A stretch of 64,000 nt of DNA from Narcine bancroftii. Taxonomy: Eukaryota. Positions 39,258 to 51,378 of this stretch are shown here, piece by piece (within the stretch, counting starts at the first letter, position 1; every line of letters starts with the position of its first letter). A program made the translations under genes and the position numbers. The notes beneath the pieces were generated by a model, which did not search any database, had not been told where the DNA came from, and saw nothing but the letters and a program-made list of their open reading frames with translations. The stretch spans positions 1 through 64,000 of the forward strand of contig NW_027211947.1 in the NCBI RefSeq assembly GCF_036971445.1, given 5' to 3'.

Positions 39258-40662
39258 CTGTATAATCATTTGGATACATTAGTTAGACTCGCTCCCCTCC
39301 TTCAATTCGTGACCAAAGTAATTTGTCATCATAAATGCTCATAATTTCCTTTGAAGTGAGAATAGAATCACACAGGAACAGAGATTTCTGCAGAAAACAG
39401 AATGGTTGTGAATGATGTCATCTGGCAGAGCTTTTTTTGGATACATCAAAGTAATGAGAGGACCGATATGAAGAGAATGTCATTTTGTGGTGAATCCAAA
39501 ATGAAAGGTCATACATACAAGGAATTAATGAATCCGGCAGACAATTGAGAAGAAATGATAGTGTGAGTTACGAGCACATTACCACAAAGAGTGGCTGAGG
39601 CACATTCCATTGATGCATCCAATTGGAAATTAGGGAAGGGAAAGGAACTGAAGCTTATCCTGAATGGTTCACCTAATGCAAGACATAATACAGGACAGTA
39701 CCCCATATCCGAAATGCTTGGGTTTTTTATGGTTTTCGGAACAATGGAACTAAGGTTCCTCTTGATCTTATCACTGTCATCCATGGTGGTATCTGCAGAT
39801 CTTTGCACACCAGAGCTCTGTTGTTACCAAAATGGAGCTAACAAAACATCAGAGCCCCACATGGGCAAGACGGATGCTGAATTTTTTTCAACTTGTGACG
39901 ACATGTCGGCGCTAAAAACGTTTCGGTTTTTGGATCTTGTAAGTTTTTCAGATATGGGATACTCGACCTGTTCTAATAACTTAAAATGGGAAAGCTGAAA
40001 TTAAGCCTTATGATGAAGAAATGCCACTTAGGGCATTGAAATTAGGCAATAAACACTGTATAAGCACATAATGTAGGCTCACAACTTTTAACTGCTATTT
40101 TGACATAGGTATTTTATCATTTAATTTAAATAATTAAAATATCCATTAAGAGTTTTAAAATATAATACAAATTGATTAATGTGAATGTGTCACTATTTGA
40201 AATGATCTCATGATATTGAGTAGTAAGTCCCATTCTTCTGTGGCTTCACACCAGCTGACAGCTTGATTTCTGACAGTTGCTGACCTTAAATTCTTTAAAT
40301 GGAAAGCTTGGTTCTGATATTGCTATGAATATAATACAGGTGCACCTGCCATGAGTCCTTGCTAACAAGAGCATAGATTTTAAGGGGACCAAAAAATATA
40401 TTAAAGTGGAGGTTCAAAGAATAAATATTTCACCAAAAAAAAGAAATTCTGAGCCTCAAAGCATCTTGGAAGTTAAATCATCAAGCTGAAAATAAGTTTG
40501 ATAGTTGTTTGTAAAGGAAAAGTAAAGAGAGATACAAGTCATAAATGTTGGGTTAGATTTGGTGTCTAATGTGCCCAATAAAATTGGTAGTGCCTTGAAT
40601 CAGAATCCTAGAAATGGAATACCTTGGAAGCCCATTTTCTCCCCAGCAGTTGGGAAAGACTA

Positions 40663-41233
40663 CACTGGACAACGAAGACTTTGCTTCCTGAACACTTTTG
40701 GGTGTATTTTGGGCTGCTGATCATGAACATCACCTGAAAATGTTCCTATCATGTACAACCTATCTTTGTGATTTATTTTCATATTTTGTCTACTTCAATC
40801 ATCCAAAACTATGAAGTTCAATGTGTCGTTGAAAATTCTGCATTCGGACTTGGACTTCATCTCTGCTGATCTCGGTGCAGTCAGTGACGAACATGGTGAA
40901 TGGTTTCACCAGGACACTGCAACCATGGAAATGTGGTATCGGGGCATTTGGACGCTAGCCACATAATGTTGGGCACTGACATGAGAGGTATCAGATGCTG
41001 AGTACAATTGAAAATAAGCAGCAAAACATTTTTAAGTCAGTTGAACTAATGCCATATATTAGCACAGTTATATGATGAAACAAAGTCAATAAAAGTTAAT
41101 TTAATGTTTCTCCAACCTCCTACGTGATACAGCAAATCTGAAATTATCTTTGAGCTCAATTTGAAGTTGTCTATCATAATCCACAATTTTTTTCCAGGAA
41201 GCAAACCTTTTGACAAAAAAATGTTGTCCAATG
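40663..41233 (+). mobile_element. Chapaev-like (CMC) non-autonomous DNA transposon with 3-bp TSD CTA
   Basis: TIRs CACTGGACAAC / GTTGTCCAATG, CTA on both flanks; transposase remnant LHSDLDFISADLGAVSDEHGEWFHQD. Confidence 0.75.
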
Positions 41234-42437
41234 CTATCATCCCAAACCCTTCTCTGTTATCCTGTAGGCTACAGTATAGCAGATTGTTTCTTTCCTACTC
41301 ACTCTATAGTTTTCATAATTTTACATGAATGCAGATTCTTTTTCCAAAATGACTCCAGCTCAGCCAATGTGAACTCAGATTTAGTAAGCATGCCAATATC
41401 CTCAGTGGGTGACACACCGGTCAATTATTTGTGGGTTACAACATTCATTTCTTTGTAATATAGCTGAGAACAGTTTGATCGAATTATTTCTTTGAATACA
41501 GCAACATTGAGAGAAAAAAATGAATGTTTGGCTTGTGGCACTTCTGAGTTGGATGAAAAATATCCAAGACTATTCCAGACAGACCCAGTTGAAGTTGAAA
41601 CTCTACCTTTGAATAATCAGTTAGTGTCCAGATTGGTATTTGTATAAAAATGGGGGAATAGTTCATCTCCCCTTTATACAGGCTGTTTAGGTTTATTTGC
41701 ATTCCATCAAGGACAGTTAATCCCAAAGACGATAGGAAACCACTGCTGCCATTTCTCCTTACTGATTGCCGAGAATAAGCAATGTTTATGTAAGCTCATA
41801 AAAAGCTTGCAGTGGGTCCACAGCAGCTTGCCTTAGGGCAGAGAACGTGTTACTTCCTCAGAATATAGACCAATATTATGTTTGCAGTTATATATTTACT
41901 TCTACCATGCAAGAGGGATTCACTATCCAACCATTCACCATCCAAGACATTGCTGTAATTTGGAAATGTGAATTCAAAGACTGAGCTATTTAGCTTCAAA
42001 TCTAATATTATGACTTCTAATCACATGAGATGTATGTAGGTGTACTAAAAATAATTATGTTCTCTCTGAATCTTTCAACCAGAAAATATACTTTGTAATT
42101 TGAACAAATTCACACAATTGACAAAAACATTAACCTTTAATAATAATTTGTTGACAATTGTGATGTTTAAAAAGAGAAAATAGAAATATTTATTAGTTTT
42201 TGTGTTCAGACAATCATCTTCAACTGTCTATCATCCGTTGAAACTTTTCTGACCAAAGTCTTTCTGCAAGCCTACACTTGCAAATGGGATTTTGTGATTC
42301 ATTAAGAAATTAATTAAATATGGATGATGGGTTGAATCATCAACCTGTGTCTTAGGTGAATGGTATAATAATTAGCAGATGGTGGAGAACTGATAAACAA
42401 GAGCAAACCTTTCACGTGGTCAAGTATTTCTGAATCA

Positions 42438-42840
42438 GGTACCCCTTTCACACTGATACTTCAAGCCGGGTATAATCCGCCTTTAATATGCCTACCCTCA
42501 CCTACCTGTATAAATGCGATGAAGGCAGATTGGGGGTGTCATTTCAGTCCTGTCTTTTATCCGCCAAGCGAGGTAGTATCAGAGGCAAAGCGGGCGAGTG
42601 TAAAAGGGCAAGCCATGTTGCCGGGTCCAAATGGGAAAGGAATGTCCTGCCTCTTTTGCTCCAGGAAGCCGACTTGTCATGTAAAAGGACAAGTCGGCTT
42701 CCTGGAGAAAAAGAGGCGGGACATTCCTTTCTCGTTTGGACCCGGCATTTCTTCTGTTCTGTGTAAACAAGAAGCCGGCTTCCAGAGACTAGTCATGTAT
42801 TCAGCAATAATGCAGATTTTTAATGTAAAAAGAGTACAAG
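42438..42840. mobile_element. PIF/Harbinger-like MITE with an internal 127-bp hairpin
   Basis: Ends GTACCCCTTTCACACT / AATGTAAAAAGAGTAC; repeated TGTAAA motifs; palindrome at 42620-42746. Confidence 0.55.
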
Positions 42841-43049
42841 ATGTTTAAGGGAACTCCCCTGCAACTTCTCTCTGGATGGAAATAGCAGCAGAATTTAACC
42901 ATGTAATCAATCCAAAAGGGGACTGGTTACTACAAGAAATACCTCTCAGCTCCTTATAATCCTAATCTCACAGCTCATTTGGCATCCCAGAGTCAGGATG
43001 TGATGAATAAAATCATGTACAATTACACCTAGTGGTCGTTTGAGTAATC

Positions 43050-43254
43050 AAGTAAAACCACTGGTATCTGGCACCCATCGAGATTTGTAAATGCAGGTAA
43101 GTAAATTTTCTGATTGCTTGAGATTACCTGTTATGTGATGAGTGAACTGATGGTGAGGCATGCCATTTTTATACATCTGTATTTTTTACCTATTTATTTT
43201 CTGATTTTTTTTTTTTGCCGGTTGTTCGAATTCTGGATAAAAGAGGCTTTATTG
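43050..43254. mobile_element. Tc1/mariner MITE, copy 3
   Basis: Homologous to 14537-14730. Confidence 0.65.
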
Positions 43255-44061
43255 TCATTAGCGGTACATAAAATTATCCCAGCAGAGTGATTTATTTTGT
43301 GCTTTAATACCGATACATTAAAAAATGAGAAAGGAGCAGGAGCTGGCCACAGTATTCTGGCTCATGTCCTCTTCTGAGCCATTCCCCATAGCCCTCAATT
43401 CCCTGACCATTCAAAAACCTATTTACTACCTCTTGAAATACCGTCAATGAATTAGTTTATACATCCTCTCAGGTCTAGAATTTGAGAGATTCATACTGTT
43501 CATGACAAGAGGTTTTTATGTGGTCCAATGTTGTAAGTGTCCCCTCATTTGAGGTAATCCCACTTAATTTTTCATGGATTTATTTTTAAATTATAATGAT
43601 TAATATACTGCTATTTATTTGGTGATAATATTAATGCTGATCTGATTTCCAGAGAAATCTGGATGTGTTTTGTGATTTGAAACATTTTTTGACAGATTTT
43701 TAAGTTTATCTTTCCATTCTACTTATTTCTTTTGTCCAATTTAAAAAACGTGATAACATTTTCAGATGTAACAATGTTATCTGCTGTTGTACTGAATTAA
43801 ATAGAATGAATATTTCATTAAAGTATAATCTGTCGATGAAATAGGATAACAATCCTTCTGTCACACTGCTGGCAAAAGTCCAGGTTGGTGCAGAATTCTG
43901 GTACCAATCCTGACATAGACCAAGCAAATACTTGAATAACTAACTCTTCAAATGCCTTACTCTTTTATATTTGTCCTTCGAATTAAATTTCACCCTTCAT
44001 GAATGCATTAAACTATTGTTCATTCAGGTCCCTATAAAATATCAGAAAGTTGGGCAAAAGG

Positions 44062-44287
44062 TTAATTTTATTAACTCTTCACTCTTTATTTTGGGGGGAG
44101 GAGGGCTGGACTAATTTTAAGTTAGATTACTAATATTGTGTTACAATTAACGGGGGGGGGGGGTTATTTTGTGTAGTTTTCTGATGCAATATTGTAATCA
44201 TACCATTTTAATTTTTTAAAAATTTTTCTTTAAATGTAATTCTCTATTGTATTTATGTTATAAAATTTTAAATAAAGTCTTCAAAAA
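44062..44287 (+). mobile_element. L1-like 3' tail with 16-bp TSD
   Basis: AAAGTTGGGCAAAAGG at 44046-44061 and 44288-44303; AATAAA plus A-tail. Confidence 0.7.
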
Positions 44288-45155
44288 AAAGTTGGGCAAA
44301 AGGCATTTAAAATGCCACTGGCTTCCTCCCAGAAACATGTGCTACAGAAAAAAAATTATAGTTTATACAGCATATGAGAATGATAGCATAATCAATTTAG
44401 TGCAATTGTTGACACTTTGATGGGTAGCAATCACAGAAGGTGATCATCCTTTTAAAGGCATATTTCCCTGACCACTAGACATTTAATGCACATTTAATGG
44501 TTTTCATGGAGGAGAGAGAAAAAAAGAAAGAGAGCTTCACAGTTCAGGCAAAATGACATCAAAATGCAGATAAAGGTCAGAAAGGATATTGATATGAGGT
44601 AGCTATTAGAAGACCCTTACAGTTAGCTCTAGATCTCTCCTCCAGGTCTTGATTTGCCTGGTAACCTCATGCTGTGGTGATATTTACTATTGGTTACCAT
44701 CTTTGGCCTGCCTCCGTGCTGACTGCATCAGTGATTCCTTCCCTTGGAATCCCCTAATAAAGGCTGTTACGGCCAGACCTCTCCCCCAGTATAAACTCTG
44801 GACTCGGGCCAAGCAACATGAGTGTACATACAGTTTTAAGCAATTAAAGCCTACCGTTCTGGCAACTTTTAGTCTTTGAAGTTGATAGATTTTGGAATAA
44901 GGCATCTGTTTCACAAATCTAATGTTGGCCATGCAAATTACAACTCAAAGCAGCCAAATGAATTTAATTAAAGTCTCAGTTCTGGGGATATTGACCTGAA
45001 CCATTGTTCTGCTGCCCTTTATAAGAGGCCTGTATAACTTTATTTTTTTTTTTAGTTTTGTTTGCAGTTACATTTTAAAAAGCTAATTCAAAATATTAAT
45101 TTGGGAACTACAATATGAACAATAAAGTCTCAGTTTTAAAAATATTATTTCTTAC

Positions 45156-45300
45156 CTGATGGAATAACCCTCTCTGTTAATCTTTTGTATTTGGCTATTG
45201 TAGCCACTGATGCCCAAAACCAACAGTCCCCCAGCTCACCCTGCACAATATCACTTTTGCTAACTCCATCTGTCATAAAGAAAGGATTTTCGTGCAGGTC
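45156..45300 (-). CDS. Atypical calpain, coding exon 3 (catalytic Cys)
   Basis: ctag...gtaag; DLHENPFFMTDGVSKSDIVQGELGDCWFWASVATIAKYKRLTERVIPS. Confidence 0.96.
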
Positions 45301-45369
45301 CTAGAGCAAAGAAATAACAGACATGTAAATTGAACACTCCTCCACTCTTCAGCATTTCATTGTTCTTTG

Positions 45370-46035
45370 GTTTTAAAATATTTTTATTCATTTTAATAAA
45401 GAAGTTATACAAAATAAAAGGTACAATTCAATAAGATGATATGGAAGGTTACGCAAACTTAATAAGGCATTCTGTGTAACAAAAACCTACAAATTGTAAA
45501 TTATATCCATAATTCATATTATAAATAGTATATACCTTTTTGGGAAAAAAACCTCTAATAATACAAAAAAATTAAAATAGTAAAGGAGAAAAATTCGACC
45601 TTACCTTACCTATATGATTAGTATTCAAATAAAAATGAAGGTAGAAAAAAGTATTAATATAAGGAACATGGAAAAGACAATTTAATTACATTGAAGTGAA
45701 ATTATGAAGTAAGATGGTGAGTCATAAATGACTCCAATAACCTCTGGAATCTCATATTTGAATTATTAATTGAATAACAAATCTTTTCCATATTCAAACA
45801 GGACGCGATGTCACACAACCACTGATCATGAGTAGGCGGGGCATCATCCTTCCATTTAAGTAAAATCGTGTGCCTCGCCAAAAGAGAAGGAAAAGAAATG
45901 ATGGGTCTCTGAAACCAGGGACAAAGAAGATCATCACCTCCTGTTGTGCCAAAGAGAGCTATCAAAGGATTCGGTGTTAAATCAATATTTTTGATAAAGT
46001 ATGGAAAATCTCTCTCCAGTATTTTTCTAGACAAT
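45370..46035 (-). mobile_element. L1 LINE ORF2 C-terminus and 3' UTR
   Basis: PNPLIALFG...LLARHTILLKWKDDAPPTHDQWL. Confidence 0.75.
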
Positions 46036-46894
46036 AAGAAAATAAGTCTAGAAAAATTATTAATAAGAATGAATTGTTAGCATTTTGAAATTTACAGAAC
46101 AATATAATGAAGCACATTAGGTCTGTGATAAAGCTGTCCATTTAATTCCATGACCATCCCATCAGTCTTCTCTCTCTCACAGACATTTTCCTTCAACATA
46201 TTTATCTCAAGATTCAAAATTCAATTTATTGTCATGTAATAAAAAACACATTATATAACACGAAATTGCCTTTTGACTGCTATAAAAGAGATAGGAAGAA
46301 TTTGCCTGAAGCACCGCTTACAGTCAGAGAAAGAGAAGCAAAAGAGAGACCACAGCTCCCCACCAACAGAATCACTGAACATTTGTGGAATTGCCTCCAG
46401 TGCTCCCGCAAACTCCGCGGCCACACAAGAGTCCAGTTCAAATCATTGCCATCTCGAGCACCAGATCCAAACTTCCGAAATGATAAGGAACCCTTAAGCA
46501 TCCTTGGCACCTTCTCGCGTCTCAGATCCAATACCTGGTTACCCCTTCAGCCAGTTTCAAGCCAGTGTCCAGCAGTCCGCAACCTGGTGTGAGTTCCTTC
46601 ATCGCAGTCTCCAGCAGCGTGGCTTTGTCACCTCGAGTCACCAACAGCCTGCTGCCTGTGTGAGTCCATCAGCCGCAGAACCCCTCATTGGCCTGGTGCA
46701 GTGGTCACCATCCTCTGCTTCTCCTTCTCAGACGAGGGGTGGGGGGATGGTCTCCCTGTTTTCTGGTGCCCTGCACCAGTCCTCCGCTTTCCAGGAGAAT
46801 GCAAACCCCTTGAGGCTGCAGCTGATCAGAGGCACCTGATCAGCTGGATGAAGACTCCACAGTTACGGGATTTTAAATAAAATCAATTTATCTC

Positions 46895-47118
46895 GGGCAG
46901 CAGCCTCCTTTGAAGAAGACCGCAGAGCCCACCTCACTGACAAAAGGCAAAGGAAGAAAAACCCAACACCCAACCCCAACCAACCAATTTTCCCTTGCAA
47001 CCGCTGCAATCGTGTCTGCCTGTCCCGCATCGGACTGGTCAGCCACAAACGAGCCTGCAGCTGACGTGGACTTTTTACCCCCTCCATAAATCTTCGTCCG
47101 CGAAGCCAAGCCAAAGAC
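46895..47118 (+). mobile_element. RTE-clade LINE 3' end
   Basis: Near-identical to 32425-32650. Confidence 0.85.
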
Positions 47119-47689
47119 ATCACCTCCACTATAAGGAAATGTCTCCAGGCAGTTTGTTTCAGAGAGGCAAAAAAATGTTGCAAGCATATATATATATAAT
47201 CATATAACAGTTTATGGCATGGAAACAGGCCATCTCGGCCCTACAAGTCCATGCTAGTTCACTCAAACAACTCCGCTAGCTCCCCCGCCTATTCTCCGCC
47301 CATAACCCTTCAACCCCCTCTTATCCATGTATATATCCAGCCTCCTCTAAAGTGACTCTGCCTCAACTATTTCCTCCAGAAAATTATTCCATCCAGCCAC
47401 CACTCTCTGTCTTTACGGAGTTTGTACATTCTCCCCCTGTCTGTATAGGTTAAGAAATTGACTGCCCATGGAGCATTCAGGAAAGTGCAGTAAAACACAA
47501 CAGAAAATGCTGAAAGTGTTCAAGAGATCAGTGGCCTTTTGGAAAATGTAAGGTCGAGCTTTCATCTTGTGGTTTTCATTGTGAATTAATTTCTGCTGAA
47601 TGGGATTTTAAATTATACACCCAAAGTGTTTATCATTCTATTTCTGACTGACTCTTTAACATTCCAGTTTCTTTGCCTTCATTTTATTT

Positions 47690-47807
47690 CTTCTTTTCTT
47701 CTTTGGCTTGGCTTCGCGGACGAAGATTTATGGAGGGGGTAAAAAGTCCACGTCATCTGCAGGCTCGTTTGTGGCTGACAAGTCCGATGCAGGACAGGCA
47801 GACACGA
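47690..47807 (-). mobile_element. RTE-clade LINE 3' end (short, inverted)
   Basis: TTCTTTGGCTTGGCTTCGCGGACGAAGATTTATGGAGGGGG, reverse complement of the same family. Confidence 0.85.
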
Positions 47808-48164
47808 TCCCTTGACAAAAGACCATCAAATTTGTAAATGATTTGAATGAGACTGAGGTAGAGTCATTTCTTTTCCACTACTAATTGTCCATGGGACAAT
47901 GCCATTATACTTTTGTGAAGAAATAGAGCCAAACAAGAGCACTGACTGATCAATATTCCATTCCATCTAACATAGAGTAACATGGATAGATAATTGCATC
48001 CATTTTGCACTGTTGCCTAAAATAAATTTCCCACACCACATCAGGAAGAAAACCCTAATCTTCTCAGTCACTTCATTTCCAATGGCCATTTAAAACTCCA
48101 GAATATTTTTGCATAATTGTTTTTTATGACGAGACAAATCAGAACAAGGCCAATTTGTAGTTAC

Positions 48165-48296
48165 CACGGTGCGAATCCATTTGATTCCTTCTGGGACCAC
48201 ATGTTCATAGGTTAACGATGAAGGCTCAGGAAGAAAATCAGGATCTACCCAGAGTTCTCCAGTCACTTCAAGTTCTTTTATAATATTCTGATAGTT
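48165..48296 (-). CDS. Atypical calpain, coding exon 2 (start of CysPc)
   Basis: attcag...gtaac; NYQNIIKELEVTGELWVDPDFLPEPSSLTYEHVVPEGIKWIRTV (DP.F.P...SL...W.R motif). Confidence 0.92.
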
Positions 48297-48519
48297 CTGA
48301 ATAAAATGAAAAAAATATTAGTACCAAGTGTCACACTGGCCGTGTTTCTACTGAGCGATGAAAATTCGGGGCAATGCGAGGTGATGCGAGGTGATACAAG
48401 GTGTCCCAGTAGAAACACGTACATTGCAGACCAGCAGCAATAGAAATTCACCAAGACAGTGTGATTTTTAAACAATATATTTATTAATAACTACTAATAA
48501 TATATTAATTAAATTAATC

Positions 48520-48523
<4 letters not shown>

Positions 48524-48570
<47 letters not shown>
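48524..48570. repeat. (TG)n microsatellite
   Basis: Direct observation. Confidence 0.95.
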
Positions 48571-48577
<7 letters not shown>

Positions 48578-50467
48578 TACCCAAAACATTACAGCTTAGG
48601 CACAATTCTAGAAAGATATTCCAAAGTTCAGTCTTGGAAATCCTGTCTTGAAACACAGGCTTTTAAACTGATGCCCAGAAGTAATCACGAAGGAGGTGGG
48701 AGAGACTGAGTGACCGACTGCTGAAAACTCACAAATCCTCGTCGAGTTTCTTGCTGAGAAATATACTTTTGTGTGAACGGTGGTCACAACCCTCCTTTTC
48801 CTTGCATAGGGGAATTGAAACGTGTGACTTCCACGATGCTTCCACAACCCAGGTATGGGTCAGTCGAAATGACCATTACTTTGGTCACAATCCGATACAG
48901 AAATTCTCCAGCATCCAAAACCCAAGGAGGTCAGTCAAAGTGACCTTTCCTTTGGCCACGGTGTGGTTCAATAATTCCCCTGACATGGAGAAACAGCCGA
49001 GTTGTCCATTTCACACAGAGTCACTCCACCTTAGATGGCTGATGGTCAATAATGTTTCCTTCAGTGATCCATCAGTATTCCACCTGTGTCCCTGGATAAA
49101 GCAACAAATGTTCTTTCTCTTCCTCCAGAGTATCAACTTTGGGTATAGGCTGTACTAGATATTGACACCCAGTCCCTCCACATCTGTGAATGGTTGCAGC
49201 CAGTACAATCCCTTAAAATGATACTCACACTAAATGAAATGAAAGATCATAATACAAGATATGTAAGTTGATTTTACATCCATAAAACCACCTGATATCT
49301 GAATTCTAGACATTAATATTTTAAAATAAATTACCAAGGAATCTCCAATGTAATTTTTGATTGTGTGTTTAGCTATTCTGTAGGGGAATTAAAACTTGCT
49401 TCTGTATTAGTATGATACTAATGTTGAACACAAAGTCCATTTGTAAAGCTATCAGATTATTTTAATTTAATTGTTTGATTAAGAAATTGTATGATTCAAA
49501 CGTGCTGATGTTTTCAAGCTTCTTATTATTTTAAAGGTGAATTAATCCATTAATTGTGGAGTCAATGACAACAAAAATGATTTCTAAATATTAGGACAAT
49601 GTTTGAAATAACTCAAATGCCTTACAATGAATTGAAACATTTTCATTTAATTTTACTCCCACCAATCACCAATAAGTAATGAGTGTTTCTTTGGTGGGTT
49701 ACACATTTGAGCAAGCTAAAAAAAACTCACAAAACAATAGAGACCAAATGTCAAAAATGTAATCATTTCAATGTTTTTTACCTCACATTATTATTCACAG
49801 ACCTGAATCAGGAATATGAATGTACAGATTTAGAAGTGAATCCTGAAATGTTTCTTAGATGTTTACTTAATTATATAATCTTGAGGTGTGGTGGGGGGGG
49901 GGGGGGGGGAATGTAGAAGTGTATTACATTGGTCTCAATTATAAAACCAGCATCATCTTTGTTAAGGTTGTGGTCAGTTTAAATTGCAATCACTTATAAA
50001 TGCATTTCAGTTTATAAAGGTATTAACAAAGAATGTTCTATTACCTATGTAAAGTATGGAAACAAACTAATATAGAGCCGAAGAGTTATAGAGTAGATTA
50101 ATTTAGTTTATTTATATAGCACATTTAAAACAACTCATGTTGACCAACGTGCTGTACAGATTATAAATTACATCTTGACTTAAGCAGCTATTTAAAGTGC
50201 GGTATAAAACAGGCTTACTTCCATGCCTGTGCATAAGTAAATACCAAGGGGCCCAGGGCGATTCAGTATGTTTAACTTTACTCTGGTGAACAATTATGAG
50301 AAATTTTACAGATTTAAAAACTTTACCTTGCAACTACCCAATGTAACTAAAACAATGAACTTCAAAAAGATTTCAATCTTTCAAGGACAAATTGTAAGAA
50401 AATGTAAAATGCAGTTTGCATAAATCAGGCCAAGTTTTGACAGTAAGTGATATGTAAAAACGATTAC

Positions 50468-50743
50468 CGATTCAATAATTAGGTTGTCGTCTATTTTCAG
50501 CATTTCATTCACTTGATTCATTAGTTCCTCAATGTCATTCTTTCTAGGATGAAAATCAAGAAGAGCTTTCACATCCTCCGTGAGCATATTCCATTTTGAA
50601 TTGTCCCCTTTCACTTCTGACACTTTGTCTACTTTCATCTCCAGCACTCTCTTGCCATTACTGTTGCTTATGGAGGATGCATCTGCCTGTATGAAATGAA
50701 TTTGAGTTACAGTAGTATGGGTACATGAACAACTGTTCCCCAT
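50468..50743 (-). CDS. Atypical calpain, coding exon 1 (92-aa N-terminal extension with MGNSCSC)
   Basis: ATG immediately preceded by in-frame TGA; acceptor ttaacag at 50785/50784; donor TCG|GTAATC in phase 0 matches exon 2; no domain homology, so the link is inferred. Confidence 0.72.
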
Positions 50744-51378
50744 TCAGCACTGAATCCAAGTTTGCTGAGGTTAAGAGTGACACCTGTTAATTACATAGTC
50801 ATAAGATATACAGGAAGATCTTTCAGAAACTGGAATCAATTACCTCTGTTGCTACGAGACATGACACACAATGCCCTCCTTCTGGGAAAAGCAACTCTTT
50901 TAGAGTCATATTTTTATAACAGACACTTCAGACAAAGTGTCTGAGCAATTCTGTATTCATCTCAACAAAAAAAGTCTTAATTTGTCCAAAAAGCAATGTA
51001 TTACAAAGGACTTGTTGACCTGAACTGATGTGGTTACTTAAGGGGACAAATTGTTGCACTCCTTTCCTGACCTTCTGTGTGAGTGAAAGGGAGATATGAG
51101 CAAATGAACAGTTAATCATTTCAAATTTGTTGCAGATTCGAGACTTGCACAATGAAAACAACAGATGAAAGCATTTGCCAACAAAATGCTTTTTTCATCA
51201 GTCTACCAAAGAGGACAGATGAGGGCTGAGCAGTTATGTTGTCTGCATGGACTTTAGCAAGGGCTTTCACAAGGTCCTACGTGGTAGGTTGTTTTGGAAG
51301 ATTTGATCACATGGGATCCAAGAAGAACTAGCCAATTAGATTCAAAAATGGTCAGGAGGTAGGAGTCAGAAGGTAGTC

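Noticed and set aside
50784-50850. Minus-strand donor-like GAG|GTAATT at 50843 just upstream of the calpain start exon
   Set aside because: It would give only a 60-nt intron; unsupported without RNA data
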